This document shows positions 18,241-26,233 of a stretch of DNA of 64,000 nt, piece by piece. Below the pieces are notes generated by a model, which worked only from the letters and a program-made list of their open reading frames with translations, ran no database searches and was not told where the DNA came from. The position numbers and the translations under genes were made by a program. The stretch's first letter is position 1. The number at the start of each line of letters is the position of its first letter. The stretch comes from Bacteroidota bacterium (GTDB lineage: Bacteria > Bacteroidota > Bacteroidia > Bacteroidales > VadinHA17), in contig JADFDS010000011.1 of assembly GCA_018262715.1 (NCBI GenBank), positions 39,760-103,759 on the forward strand, written 5' to 3'.

Positions 18241-18360
18241 CAGACCCTCAGACCCTCAGACCCTCAGACCTTCAGACTCTCAGACCCTCAGACTCTCAGA
18301 CCCTCAGACCCTCAGACCCTCAGACCTTCAGACCTTCAGACCTTCAGACCCTCAGACTTT
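18241..18360. repeat. Tandem array of 15 copies of the octanucleotide CAGACCCT and single-base variants
   Basis: Read directly. The units are CCCT x3, CCTT, CTCT, CCCT, CTCT, CCCT x3, CCTT x3, CCCT, CTTT, each prefixed by CAGA. The array starts one nt after a TAnnTTTG-like box (minus strand) and ends at the pruA stop codon. Confidence 0.95.
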
Positions 18361-19986
18361 CTAATCCATGTACGGATATCGGAAGTCGGTTGCCGGCAGG
18401 AATGTCTCCTTGATGGTCCTCGGCGAGACCCACCTGATCAGGTTAAGCCTGCCGCCCGCCTTGTCATTTGTCCCCGATGCCCTGGCGCCCCCGAAGGGCT
18501 GTAAACCCACCATCGCCCCAGTAGGCTTGTCATTGATGTAAAAGTTGCCGGCTGCATATCGAAGCACCTGACATGCTTTTACCATCGCAGGGCGGTCAGT
18601 AGAAAAGATTGATCCGGTCAGCCCGTAAGGTGAGGTTTCGTTGACAAGCCTAAGAGTCTCTTCGTACCTGTCATCCTCGTAGATATAAAGGGTTACCACC
18701 GGACCGAAGATCTCCTCTTTCATGGTGATGAAATGCGGGTCCTTTGTCAGAATGATGGTCGGTTCCACGAAGTATCCCTTGCTCTTGTCACCCTTTCCGC
18801 CATGAAATATCTCACATTCAGGTGATTTAACAGCCTCGTCAATATAATGCATGATATTGTCAAACGACTTTTCGTCGATGACGGCATTCATGAAATTCCT
18901 GAAGTCAGCAGGATCGCCCATCTTTATCTCTTCGGCCTGCCGTTTGACATGCACGGAGATTTCCGGCCAGAGTGAACGGGGGATATAAACCCTGGACGAG
19001 GCGGAGCATTTCTGTCCCTGGTACTCGAATGATCCCCTGATGATTGCTGTGGCCACTTCCTGGGGATTGGCCGAGTTGTGAATCATTATGTAATCCTTGC
19101 CGCCTGTTTCGCCTACGATCCTGGGATAGGATTTGTATTTATCGAGGTTGGTTGCGGCAGTCTTCCAGAGCGCATTGAATGTGCTGTTGGAGCCGGTGAA
19201 GTGAATTCCGCCCAGGTCGGGGTGCTTCATCACCACTGAACTGATGACTGATCCCTGCCCCGGCAGGAAATTGACCACGCCTTCAGGCAGGCCGGCCTCC
19301 ATGAACACCTTCATCAGTATCCAGCTCGAGAAGAGCGAGGTCGTCGCCGGCTTCCAGACCGTGGTATTCCCCATCAGCGCCACGGCCATGTTCAGGTTTG
19401 ATGCAATGGCAGTGAAGTTGAAGGGTGTGATTGTATAGACGAATCCTTCAAGCGGCCTGTACTCGACCCTGTTCAGCTGGTCAGATGCCGACCGTGGCTG
19501 CTCCTGGTAGATCTGGCCGGCAAACCAGCTGTTGAACCTCAGGAAATCTATTGTCTCGCATGCTGCCTCAACCTCGGCCTGATGCACCGTCTTGCTCTGC
19601 CCGAGCATGGTGGCGGCAACGATCGTATACCTGTATTTCTTCGAAAGCAGCTCGGCAGCCTTAAGCATTATCGAGGCCCTTTCAATCCATGAGAGGGTAA
19701 GCCACGCCTCCTTTGCCTTCATGGCAGCATCAATGGCGTCAGCCGTTTCCTTTTCTCCGGCCATGTGGTAGGTGGCAAGCACATGCCTGTGGTCATGGGG
19801 CATGACCACCTTTCCCGTACGCCCGGTTTTAACCGGCTTGCCGTTAATCAGCAGGGGTATTTCTATCGTCTCCGATGAAATCCGTTTCAGTTCCTTTTCA
19901 AGTTCATCGCGCTCGCGGCTTCCGCGTGCATAACCCATCATCGGCTCATTCTCAGGCCTGTGGATCGAATAGATAGCATTATTCAT
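18361..19986 (-). CDS. pruA: L-glutamate gamma-semialdehyde (1-pyrroline-5-carboxylate) dehydrogenase
   Basis: 541 aa aldehyde dehydrogenase fold (FTGS, EYQGQKCSA catalytic Cys, ETGGKD) with the N-terminus typical of single-domain PruA enzymes. Confidence 0.85.
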   Translation of the reverse strand: MNNAIYSIHRPENEPMMGYARGSRERDELEKELKRISSETIEIPLLINGKPVKTGRTGKVVMPHDHRHVLATYHMAGEKETADAIDAAMKAKEAWLTLSWIERASIMLKAAELLSKKYRYTIVAATMLGQSKTVHQAEVEAACETIDFLRFNSWFAGQIYQEQPRSASDQLNRVEYRPLEGFVYTITPFNFTAIASNLNMAVALMGNTTVWKPATTSLFSSWILMKVFMEAGLPEGVVNFLPGQGSVISSVVMKHPDLGGIHFTGSNSTFNALWKTAATNLDKYKSYPRIVGETGGKDYIMIHNSANPQEVATAIIRGSFEYQGQKCSASSRVYIPRSLWPEISVHVKRQAEEIKMGDPADFRNFMNAVIDEKSFDNIMHYIDEAVKSPECEIFHGGKGDKSKGYFVEPTIILTKDPHFITMKEEIFGPVVTLYIYEDDRYEETLRLVNETSPYGLTGSIFSTDRPAMVKACQVLRYAAGNFYINDKPTGAMVGLQPFGGARASGTNDKAGGRLNLIRWVSPRTIKETFLPATDFRYPYMD

Positions 19987-20156
19987 ATTTATTCGGTTTA
20001 TTTCAATATGCAGATTTATGCATATCGAAAATCAGGAGCAATTATAATAATTAAGTCTCTATTAATTAGCAACAACTGTCATGCAGAAATTGTTCCCGGC
20101 TGCCTTTCACTCATTGATACAGCCTTCGCCGGTCCTGTCCGGCCGATCAGGCCTTA

Positions 20157-20216
20157 GGGTTCTCAGTGAGGCCGGGGTTCGGAGAGGGCTCTCAGTGAGG
20201 CCGGGGTTCGGAGAGG
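20157..20216. repeat. Two tandem copies of a 29-bp unit covering the last 8 codons plus stop of the CPA2 gene
   Basis: CTCAGTGAGGCCGGGGTTCGGAGAGG occurs at 20162-20187 and again at 20191-20216 (period 29). The second copy encodes ILSEPRPH-stop on the minus strand. Confidence 0.9.
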
Positions 20217-22177
20217 ATATTGCTGGCCAGGGCAATCATTTCAGGCTGGCCCAGCAGGTATACTATATCATTACCGTGAATGAATGCTGATGGTTCAGGA
20301 TTAGCAGTAATATTTCCCGCGTGGTTGATTGCAACGATAGTGACTCCGGCTGTCTTGCGCATGGCTGTTTCAGCAATGGTTTTCCCCGCGAACAGGGATT
20401 CCCCGCCAACCCTTACGGCTGCAATCTCGATGTCAGGGATATCCTTCAGCAGGGAGTATCCGCGTACCTTGCCGCGATCCCTGAAAATGCCGTAGTTGTC
20501 TTCCCTGACACGGGCGATGGCCCGCTCTATGTCCATACGCGGAATCAGGTATTTCCCCAGGATTCTCTCAAAGAAGTCGATGGCTGTTTCAAATTCTTCC
20601 GGAATGACCTGGCTGGCTCCCAGCCTGTACAGTTCCTCTACGTCCGTGACATGCCTGGTACGCACGATCACATGGGCATGCTTGTTCATTGACCGGATAT
20701 GTTCAACGATGGAGAGGGCCGTTATCAGGTTGCCCACGGAGACAATCACCAGCTCGGCTGTGTGGACGAATGCCTCTCTCAGCACCGGCTCGAAGGTGGC
20801 ATCACCGAACACTGTCAGGTTTCCTTTTTCCATCTCCGCCCGTGCCCTGTCAGTGTCAAAAACAACAGAGGTGAAGGGGAGCTCCATCGATCTGATCATC
20901 TCAGCCAGGTTTATGGCCCTTGAATCTTTGCCTATCAGCACAACATGCTTGCTGATCTCGGGGATTTCCACCTGTTTGAGGGGGAAGAGGCCGTTGACGA
21001 TGTATGGCGGGAGGGGCAGTTTCAGTATGAGGTTGGCCAGCGGTTTTGATGTTTGTATCAGGATCGGTGACAGTGCCATTGAAGTGATTGCGACTGCCAG
21101 GAAGAGCTGGTAATGAACGGGAGTGATGATGTTGTGTGTGAGCCCGAGCCCCGCAAGGATGAATGAAAATTCACCCACCTGTGCCAGGGAGAGCCCCACA
21201 ACCACCGTCCCGAAGAAGGTATGCCCCAGGGTGAAGGCCGTCATGCCCGCTATAAAAGCCTTGAGGATAATGACCAGGAGCACTGACCCGATCACCAGGC
21301 CGGGATGGTCAGCAACGAATCCCAGGTCGAGCAGCATCCCTATTGACACAAAGAAAAAGCTGGTGAATACGTCCTTGAACGGGATGAGGTTCCCGAAGGC
21401 GCTGTGGCTGTATTCGGTGTCGGAGATCATCAGTCCGGCGAGGAATGCCCCGAAGGCCAGTGACATCCCCAGTTCGTGCGTCAGCATAGCTACAGCAAGG
21501 CAGATGAGAAGCAGGCTCATCAGGAAAAGTTCGTGGCTTCGTGTCATGGCTATAAGATGCAGCACCTTCGGCATGAGCCACTTCGTTCCGGCCCAAATGA
21601 AGATCAATATCCCTGCGGTTTTCAGCATCAGGATAAGGAGGTCATGGCCCACGTCAGCCGTTGCCCCGCCAAGCATGGGGGTGAAGAGAAGGAGGGGTAT
21701 CAGGATTATATCCTGGAATATCAGTATGCCCACCACCGTTTTGCCGTAGTGGGTAGTGAGTTCTGATCTTTCCTGCAGCAGTTTGAGAACCACGGCGGTG
21801 CTGCTGAGAGCTGTCAGGAAACCTACAAAGATTGATTCTGTCCATTCAAAGTGGAAAACCCTTGCCGTGAACATAGTCACACCCGCGGTGAGCAGCAGCT
21901 GCATGAATCCGCCCAGGAAGACCACCTTCCTGATGTTCAGCAGGTGGTTCAGTGAGAATTCCAGGCCGATGGTGAACATCAGGAGGATAACGCCAATCTC
22001 TGCCATTACCTCAACATTTTCAGGTGAACTGATAAGCCTCAGCAGATGGGGTCCGGCTATGACGCCGGTTATCAGGTAACCTATTATGGCGGGGATGCGG
22101 ATCCTTGTGAAGATGAAATTCACAAAGGTGGAGAGTGCAAAGATAATGACGATATCCTTTAGGACACCCAGTTCCAT
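20192..22177 (-). CDS. Monovalent cation:proton antiporter-2 (CPA2, KefB/YbaL-like) with TrkA-N and TrkA-C (RCK) domains
   Basis: About 12 TM helices starting with a KefB-type N-terminus (IPAIIGYLITGVIAGPH). Then a Rossmann-like segment HVVLIGKDSRAINLA and a C-terminal TrkA-C-like segment (GKTIAE...VTIVAINHAG...GNDIVYLLG). Confidence 0.85.
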   Translation of the reverse strand: MELGVLKDIVIIFALSTFVNFIFTRIRIPAIIGYLITGVIAGPHLLRLISSPENVEVMAEIGVILLMFTIGLEFSLNHLLNIRKVVFLGGFMQLLLTAGVTMFTARVFHFEWTESIFVGFLTALSSTAVVLKLLQERSELTTHYGKTVVGILIFQDIILIPLLLFTPMLGGATADVGHDLLILMLKTAGILIFIWAGTKWLMPKVLHLIAMTRSHELFLMSLLLICLAVAMLTHELGMSLAFGAFLAGLMISDTEYSHSAFGNLIPFKDVFTSFFFVSIGMLLDLGFVADHPGLVIGSVLLVIILKAFIAGMTAFTLGHTFFGTVVVGLSLAQVGEFSFILAGLGLTHNIITPVHYQLFLAVAITSMALSPILIQTSKPLANLILKLPLPPYIVNGLFPLKQVEIPEISKHVVLIGKDSRAINLAEMIRSMELPFTSVVFDTDRARAEMEKGNLTVFGDATFEPVLREAFVHTAELVIVSVGNLITALSIVEHIRSMNKHAHVIVRTRHVTDVEELYRLGASQVIPEEFETAIDFFERILGKYLIPRMDIERAIARVREDNYGIFRDRGKVRGYSLLKDIPDIEIAAVRVGGESLFAGKTIAETAMRKTAGVTIVAINHAGNITANPEPSAFIHGNDIVYLLGQPEMIALASNILSEPRPH

Positions 22178-22228
22178 TGATTACTGCAGTTGATGCAATA
22201 AAGATATGAAAAGATGCGGTTGGATGAA

Positions 22229-23725
22229 TCAGGAGGGTTTTGCGGTATCAGAGCAGACCGGATTGTCTGAAAGGAGGCATTCCGTCACCGCCTCAAGAAT
22301 ATTCTTGCTTCCTGCCAGCACAATAAGCCTGTCGCCCGGCTGAATGACCGTCATACCGTCAGGAATGAGGTATTTGTTTTCTCTTTTTATCATCGCAATG
22401 CGGGCATTCTGCGGGAATCCCAGGTCAATTATCTTCATGCCGGCTACGACACTTTCAGGCGCTATTGTGAATTCGGCGAATTCCGAGTTCATTGGTTCAG
22501 AGAGAAGCACATCCGCGGCAGTAACGGTCTTGACTCTTGCCGGGAGTGAAACATGAAGCCATTTAGCCACAAGCGGTACGGTTGTGCCCTGCAGCAACAC
22601 CGAAGTAAGTGAGATAAAGAAGACAATATTGAAAATCATCTCAGCCTTTTCAAGACCTGCCATCAGCGGGTAGGTGGCAAAAACAATCGGTACTGCACCG
22701 CGAAGCCCCACCCAGGAGATGAAGAGCTTTGTCCTGGTCCGTACCCTGAAAAATGCCAGGATGAGAAAGGTGCTTACCGGCCGTGCGATAAATATCAGGA
22801 AGGCCGATACCAGCAACCCGATGCCAATGACCGGTACGATGTGACTCGGGAAAACGAGCAGCCCCAGCACGACGAAGAGAATGATCTGCATCAGCCATGC
22901 AAGACCGTCAAACATCTTCATGATTGTACGCTTATGCATCAGATCCTGGTGTCCGAGATAAAGGGCTGATATATAGACTGCAAGAAATCCGTTTCCTCCG
23001 ATAGCCGTGGTTACCGAGTAAGTGAGTATCATGAGGGTGATTGACAGTACCGGGTAGAGTCCCTCGTAGTCGAGCTTGATATGGTTGATTACATATTTGC
23101 TTCCGAGGCCGAAGAGATACCCGAAAGCACCTCCAAGGAGCAACTGGGTGAAAAACATCAGAAGCACGGGCCAGAATGACTGTTCTCCGTTCTGCACCAG
23201 CCCGATGAATACGATGGTGAGTATGTACGCCATCGGGTCATTGCTTCCGCTCTCGAATTCCAGGGTGGGTCTGATGTGACCCTTCAGCGCCAGGCTTTTT
23301 GATCTGAGGATGGAGAAAACCGCGGCGGCATCGGTTGATGAAACAATTGCCCCGAGCAGTAGTCCTTCATAGATGGTGAAATCAGTCACCCACCAGACAA
23401 AGAGTCCGATAGACAGGGCGGTCAGCAAAACACCCATCACGGAGAGGGCTATTCCCTGCCACATAATGGGTTTTACCGAGTTCCAGTCGGTCTCGAACCC
23501 CCCGGAGAACAGGATGAAGTTAAGCGCCACAATGCCTATGAACTGTGCAAGGCCGGGGTCATCGAATGGGATTTTCCCTATCCCTTCCGATCCTGCCAGC
23601 ATCCCCACGGCCAGGAAGAGTATCAGGGTGGGCACTCCAATCCGGAATGAGGTCTTGCCGGCCAGCACGCTGATAAAAATCAGAACTGAAGCAATCAGCA
23701 GTATGTTTTCTGGAGTGACAGTCAC
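22229..23725 (-). CDS. K+/H+ antiporter, CPA1 family (NhaP2/CvrA-like) with a C-terminal TrkA-C domain
   Basis: IGVPTLILFLAVGMLAGSEGIGKIPFDD start, multiple TM helices, and a C-terminal AGMKIIDLGFPQNARIAMIKRENKYLIPDGMTVIQPGDRLIVLAG. Confidence 0.85.
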   Translation of the reverse strand: MTVTPENILLIASVLIFISVLAGKTSFRIGVPTLILFLAVGMLAGSEGIGKIPFDDPGLAQFIGIVALNFILFSGGFETDWNSVKPIMWQGIALSVMGVLLTALSIGLFVWWVTDFTIYEGLLLGAIVSSTDAAAVFSILRSKSLALKGHIRPTLEFESGSNDPMAYILTIVFIGLVQNGEQSFWPVLLMFFTQLLLGGAFGYLFGLGSKYVINHIKLDYEGLYPVLSITLMILTYSVTTAIGGNGFLAVYISALYLGHQDLMHKRTIMKMFDGLAWLMQIILFVVLGLLVFPSHIVPVIGIGLLVSAFLIFIARPVSTFLILAFFRVRTRTKLFISWVGLRGAVPIVFATYPLMAGLEKAEMIFNIVFFISLTSVLLQGTTVPLVAKWLHVSLPARVKTVTAADVLLSEPMNSEFAEFTIAPESVVAGMKIIDLGFPQNARIAMIKRENKYLIPDGMTVIQPGDRLIVLAGSKNILEAVTECLLSDNPVCSDTAKPS

Positions 23726-23778
23726 CGGCTGTTATGTTTTTTCAAGCAGCTAAAGATAGAAAAAAGCGGTTTTGCCAC

Positions 23779-23807
23779 AAAAAAAATCCCGGTTGTTCAG
23801 GCCGGGA
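23779..23807 (-). terminator. Rho-independent terminator of the PadR/PspC operon
   Basis: On the minus strand: TCCCGG cctgaacaa CCGGGA followed by T8. Confidence 0.7.
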
Positions 23808-23839
23808 GATTGAAGAGTAAAAAATACGCAGGTGCAGAC

Positions 23840-25111
23840 TTATTGATCTGTCCAGTCGTCTATCGAGCGCGGATAGCCATCCACGATTTTCCATGCCGGG
23901 TTCTCCCCTGAAAACAGATGTAAGTTAAGGACATCGGGTGAAACCCCCTGTACGAACCTGATCTCGGTCCCTTCAGGGAGCCGTATGTCAATATCAACCA
24001 TGGATCCGTTCCACCTGGCACCGGCCGGAAGAGTGCAATACTCGTCGAGGTAGAGGGTATCACCGGACATCTTCCAGTTGTATTCGATCTGCCGTGCATT
24101 TCTGACGGCCTCAGTATCGGAGTTGCTGTAAGCCCTTCTCTCCACCGAGATGTACCCGGTGCCGTTATCGCTGCCGCGGATGCTCAGATCCGGCGATACG
24201 CGCAGCACACCGTCAGGGCTCTCCATGAAGAACCTGAAATCTTCCACCGAAGCATACCTGTAATAACTCAGGCCCGTCTGCTTCTTCATCGTGTTTATCC
24301 AGAGAGTCTCAGGCGCCGGATCCAGTGTCAGCCTCTTCTCAACCGACTCGCTTTCGGAATAGACCGAGAGGCGGAGGATCAGTATGATTGCCAGGGCGCA
24401 GAGCGAAGCGATCCAGACCAGGAAGAGGATAATGTTCATTACACGGAATCTCTCCTTAATTCTGAATATCAGCTTGACGCCCAGCCAGATGAGAGCTGCC
24501 AGCGGCAGGAGCGTCACCAGCGCCGTCAGAATGAGTATCGGCCATACGGCATTGGTGCTGAGCACTATGCCAAGCATGTCGTGAACATTTGTCATCTGCG
24601 GTTCCATCACGGAGGAAAAGAACGGGACATTGTTGAAGAAGATCACAATCACGAAGGTGAAGAAGAGCAGGAATCCGAAGAGGGTGAATAACGCTCCCAG
24701 TATTATTGCAAATACCCTCAGGATTGCCGAAATCAGTTTTCCGAATGCCCTGAAGAATTCTGACAGCCCCCTGCCCACCCTGGCCGAGAAGCTGTTGGGA
24801 TCATACATTGATTTCCTTACGTACAGCGTCTTGTTCTTCGCTGCCGGTCCGTCATCATAATAATCCTCCGGTGCACCCATGATGTTGATCATATCGGTTA
24901 CCATCTCCTTCGAGACAAGAGTGGGAGGCTCCTTGCCGCCCCCGAAAATCTCCGCAATGCGCGCTTCTATGTCTGCGAGTGTCTCATCTCCTCCCTGCTC
25001 GGTTTTGAACCTGGCAGAGACGTGGTCAAGATAGTGTTTCAGGACCTCCCAGGCATCCTCGTCCACACGGAAGAGCTGCCCGGCAATGTTGATGTCAAGG
25101 TTTTTTTTCAT
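23840..25111 (-). CDS. Membrane protein with a PadR-associated N-terminal helical module, a degenerate PspC-like segment and an extracytoplasmic C-terminal domain
   Basis: The N-terminal 90 aa align by eye with the adjacent PspC protein (INIAGQLFRVDEDAWEVLKHYL / INLGGYAFNLDDDAYERLRQYM; MGAPEDY / LGSPEDI). About 4 TM helices, then a ~160-aa soluble tail. Confidence 0.6.
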   Translation of the reverse strand: MKKNLDINIAGQLFRVDEDAWEVLKHYLDHVSARFKTEQGGDETLADIEARIAEIFGGGKEPPTLVSKEMVTDMINIMGAPEDYYDDGPAAKNKTLYVRKSMYDPNSFSARVGRGLSEFFRAFGKLISAILRVFAIILGALFTLFGFLLFFTFVIVIFFNNVPFFSSVMEPQMTNVHDMLGIVLSTNAVWPILILTALVTLLPLAALIWLGVKLIFRIKERFRVMNIILFLVWIASLCALAIILILRLSVYSESESVEKRLTLDPAPETLWINTMKKQTGLSYYRYASVEDFRFFMESPDGVLRVSPDLSIRGSDNGTGYISVERRAYSNSDTEAVRNARQIEYNWKMSGDTLYLDEYCTLPAGARWNGSMVDIDIRLPEGTEIRFVQGVSPDVLNLHLFSGENPAWKIVDGYPRSIDDWTDQ

Positions 25112-25119
25112 GGCTGCCT

Positions 25120-25449
25120 TTATTTCCTGTCACGTATCTGGTTAACCGATTCCACAAGCTCGTCCCATACCTTGTCGAGTTCCCTGAGATATATCCGTCC
25201 CAGCTCGGTGAGCTCGTAATATTTCCGTGGAGGGCCCTGCGGCGACTCCTCCCAGCGGTAGCTGAGCAGCCCTGCGTTCTTCTGCCTGGTCAGCAGGGGG
25301 TAGAGTGTTCCTTCAACGACTATCACCTGGGCTTTCTTGAGCTCATTGATGATGTCAACGGCGTAGCAGGAATTTCTCGACAGCACTGCCAGTATGCAGT
25401 ACTCGAGAATCCCCTTGCGCATTTGTGCTCTTGTGTTGTCCGTATTCAT
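25120..25449 (-). CDS. PadR family transcriptional regulator
   Basis: 109 aa. ILEYCILAVLSRNSCYAVDIINELKK...VEGTLYPLLTRQKNAGLL is the winged-helix PadR signature. Confidence 0.9.
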   Translation of the reverse strand: MNTDNTRAQMRKGILEYCILAVLSRNSCYAVDIINELKKAQVIVVEGTLYPLLTRQKNAGLLSYRWEESPQGPPRKYYELTELGRIYLRELDKVWDELVESVNQIRDRK

Positions 25450-25491
25450 GGCTTGTTCTTTATTGTCAGCTTTTTACGCCTTCGGCGAAGG

Positions 25492-26073
25492 TCAGAGATT
25501 CATCTTTTCCTTTACGGTGTTGAATTCCTGTCTGACCGAATCCTTAATGTTTTCAATGGTTACCGGATCACCCCGCATCTCCAGCTTCTGTGCGGTTGTC
25601 TTTGCCTCGGGAAGCACTATCCACAGAATAAGGTAGAGCAGAAGGCCGAAGCCACCTGCGAATATCAGCGCCGCGAAGATGATCCTGATTATCAGCGGAT
25701 CCCAGTCGAGGTATGCCGAGATGCCGGCACACACCCCTCCGATTATCCTTCTGTCAGGATCGCGGTACATCCTGCGCTGTGACCTGGGCGGCACTTCGCC
25801 GGCAGGCTCACCCCCGCTTATGTCTTCGGGAGATCCCAGTATGGCCATCACCTCCTCCACGTCCTTCATTGTAATGACCTGCTTGTAGCTGCTGAGTTTC
25901 CCCCTGAACAGCTCCGATATCCTTCCCTCGATATCGGACATTATCTCAGTAGCCCCCGGCTCGCCTGAAAATTCCTTTTCCAGGCGCTTCATGTACTGCC
26001 GGAGCCGCTCGTAAGCGTCATCGTCGAGGTTGAATGCGTATCCCCCGAGATTGATGTTGACAGTCATTTTCAT
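25492..26073 (-). CDS. PspC domain-containing membrane protein
   Basis: RRMYRDPDRRIIGGVCAGISAYLDWDPLIIRIIFAAL is a canonical PspC domain. The start is placed at the ATG at 26073 (MKMTVNINLGG), and the upstream 26 codons of the tracked ORF are discounted. Confidence 0.85.
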   Translation of the reverse strand: MKMTVNINLGGYAFNLDDDAYERLRQYMKRLEKEFSGEPGATEIMSDIEGRISELFRGKLSSYKQVITMKDVEEVMAILGSPEDISGGEPAGEVPPRSQRRMYRDPDRRIIGGVCAGISAYLDWDPLIIRIIFAALIFAGGFGLLLYLILWIVLPEAKTTAQKLEMRGDPVTIENIKDSVRQEFNTVKEKMNL

Positions 26074-26119
26074 CGTTTTTATTATAAGGTACCTGTTAAT
26101 GCAAGTTAATTTGGTATTG

Positions 26120-26127
26120 CAAATATA
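26120..26127 (-). promoter_or_regulatory. Candidate -7 box (TATATTTG) for the PspC-PadR operon
   Basis: The reverse complement of caaatata fits TAnnTTTG and lies 47 nt upstream of the ATG at 26073. Nearby are an inverted repeat CTATG-n5-CATAG (26144-26158) and a direct repeat GTTAAT-gcaa-GTTAAT (26093-26108), either of which could be an operator. Confidence 0.35.
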
Positions 26128-26233
26128 TAAAATAAAAATAATACTATGCAATACATAGAAGTAAATTTTTTAAAATATTTTTTTTGAGTGGATTTTGAAC
26201 TCATCAACCGGGCTATGGTTAGATAGGGGATGA

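Noticed and set aside
18241-18360. The tandem repeat considered as a CRISPR array
   Set aside because: The units are only 8 nt long and directly abut each other with no spacers. No cas genes are in the window. It is a microsatellite-type array, not a CRISPR array.
20496-21749. Two long plus-strand ORFs (205 aa and 208 aa) antisense to the CPA2 antiporter gene
   Set aside because: The translations are Ser/Arg/Pro/Thr-rich low-complexity sequences with no motifs. They are typical shadow ORFs opposite a GC-rich membrane-protein gene, whose own frame has clear KefB and RCK signatures.
23766-23778. Third copy of the TTTTGCCAC promoter-like motif as evidence for an unannotated plus-strand sRNA
   Set aside because: It has no TA at the -7 box position and no plus-strand terminator, because the adjacent hairpin has its T-run on the minus strand. 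It is probably coincidental.
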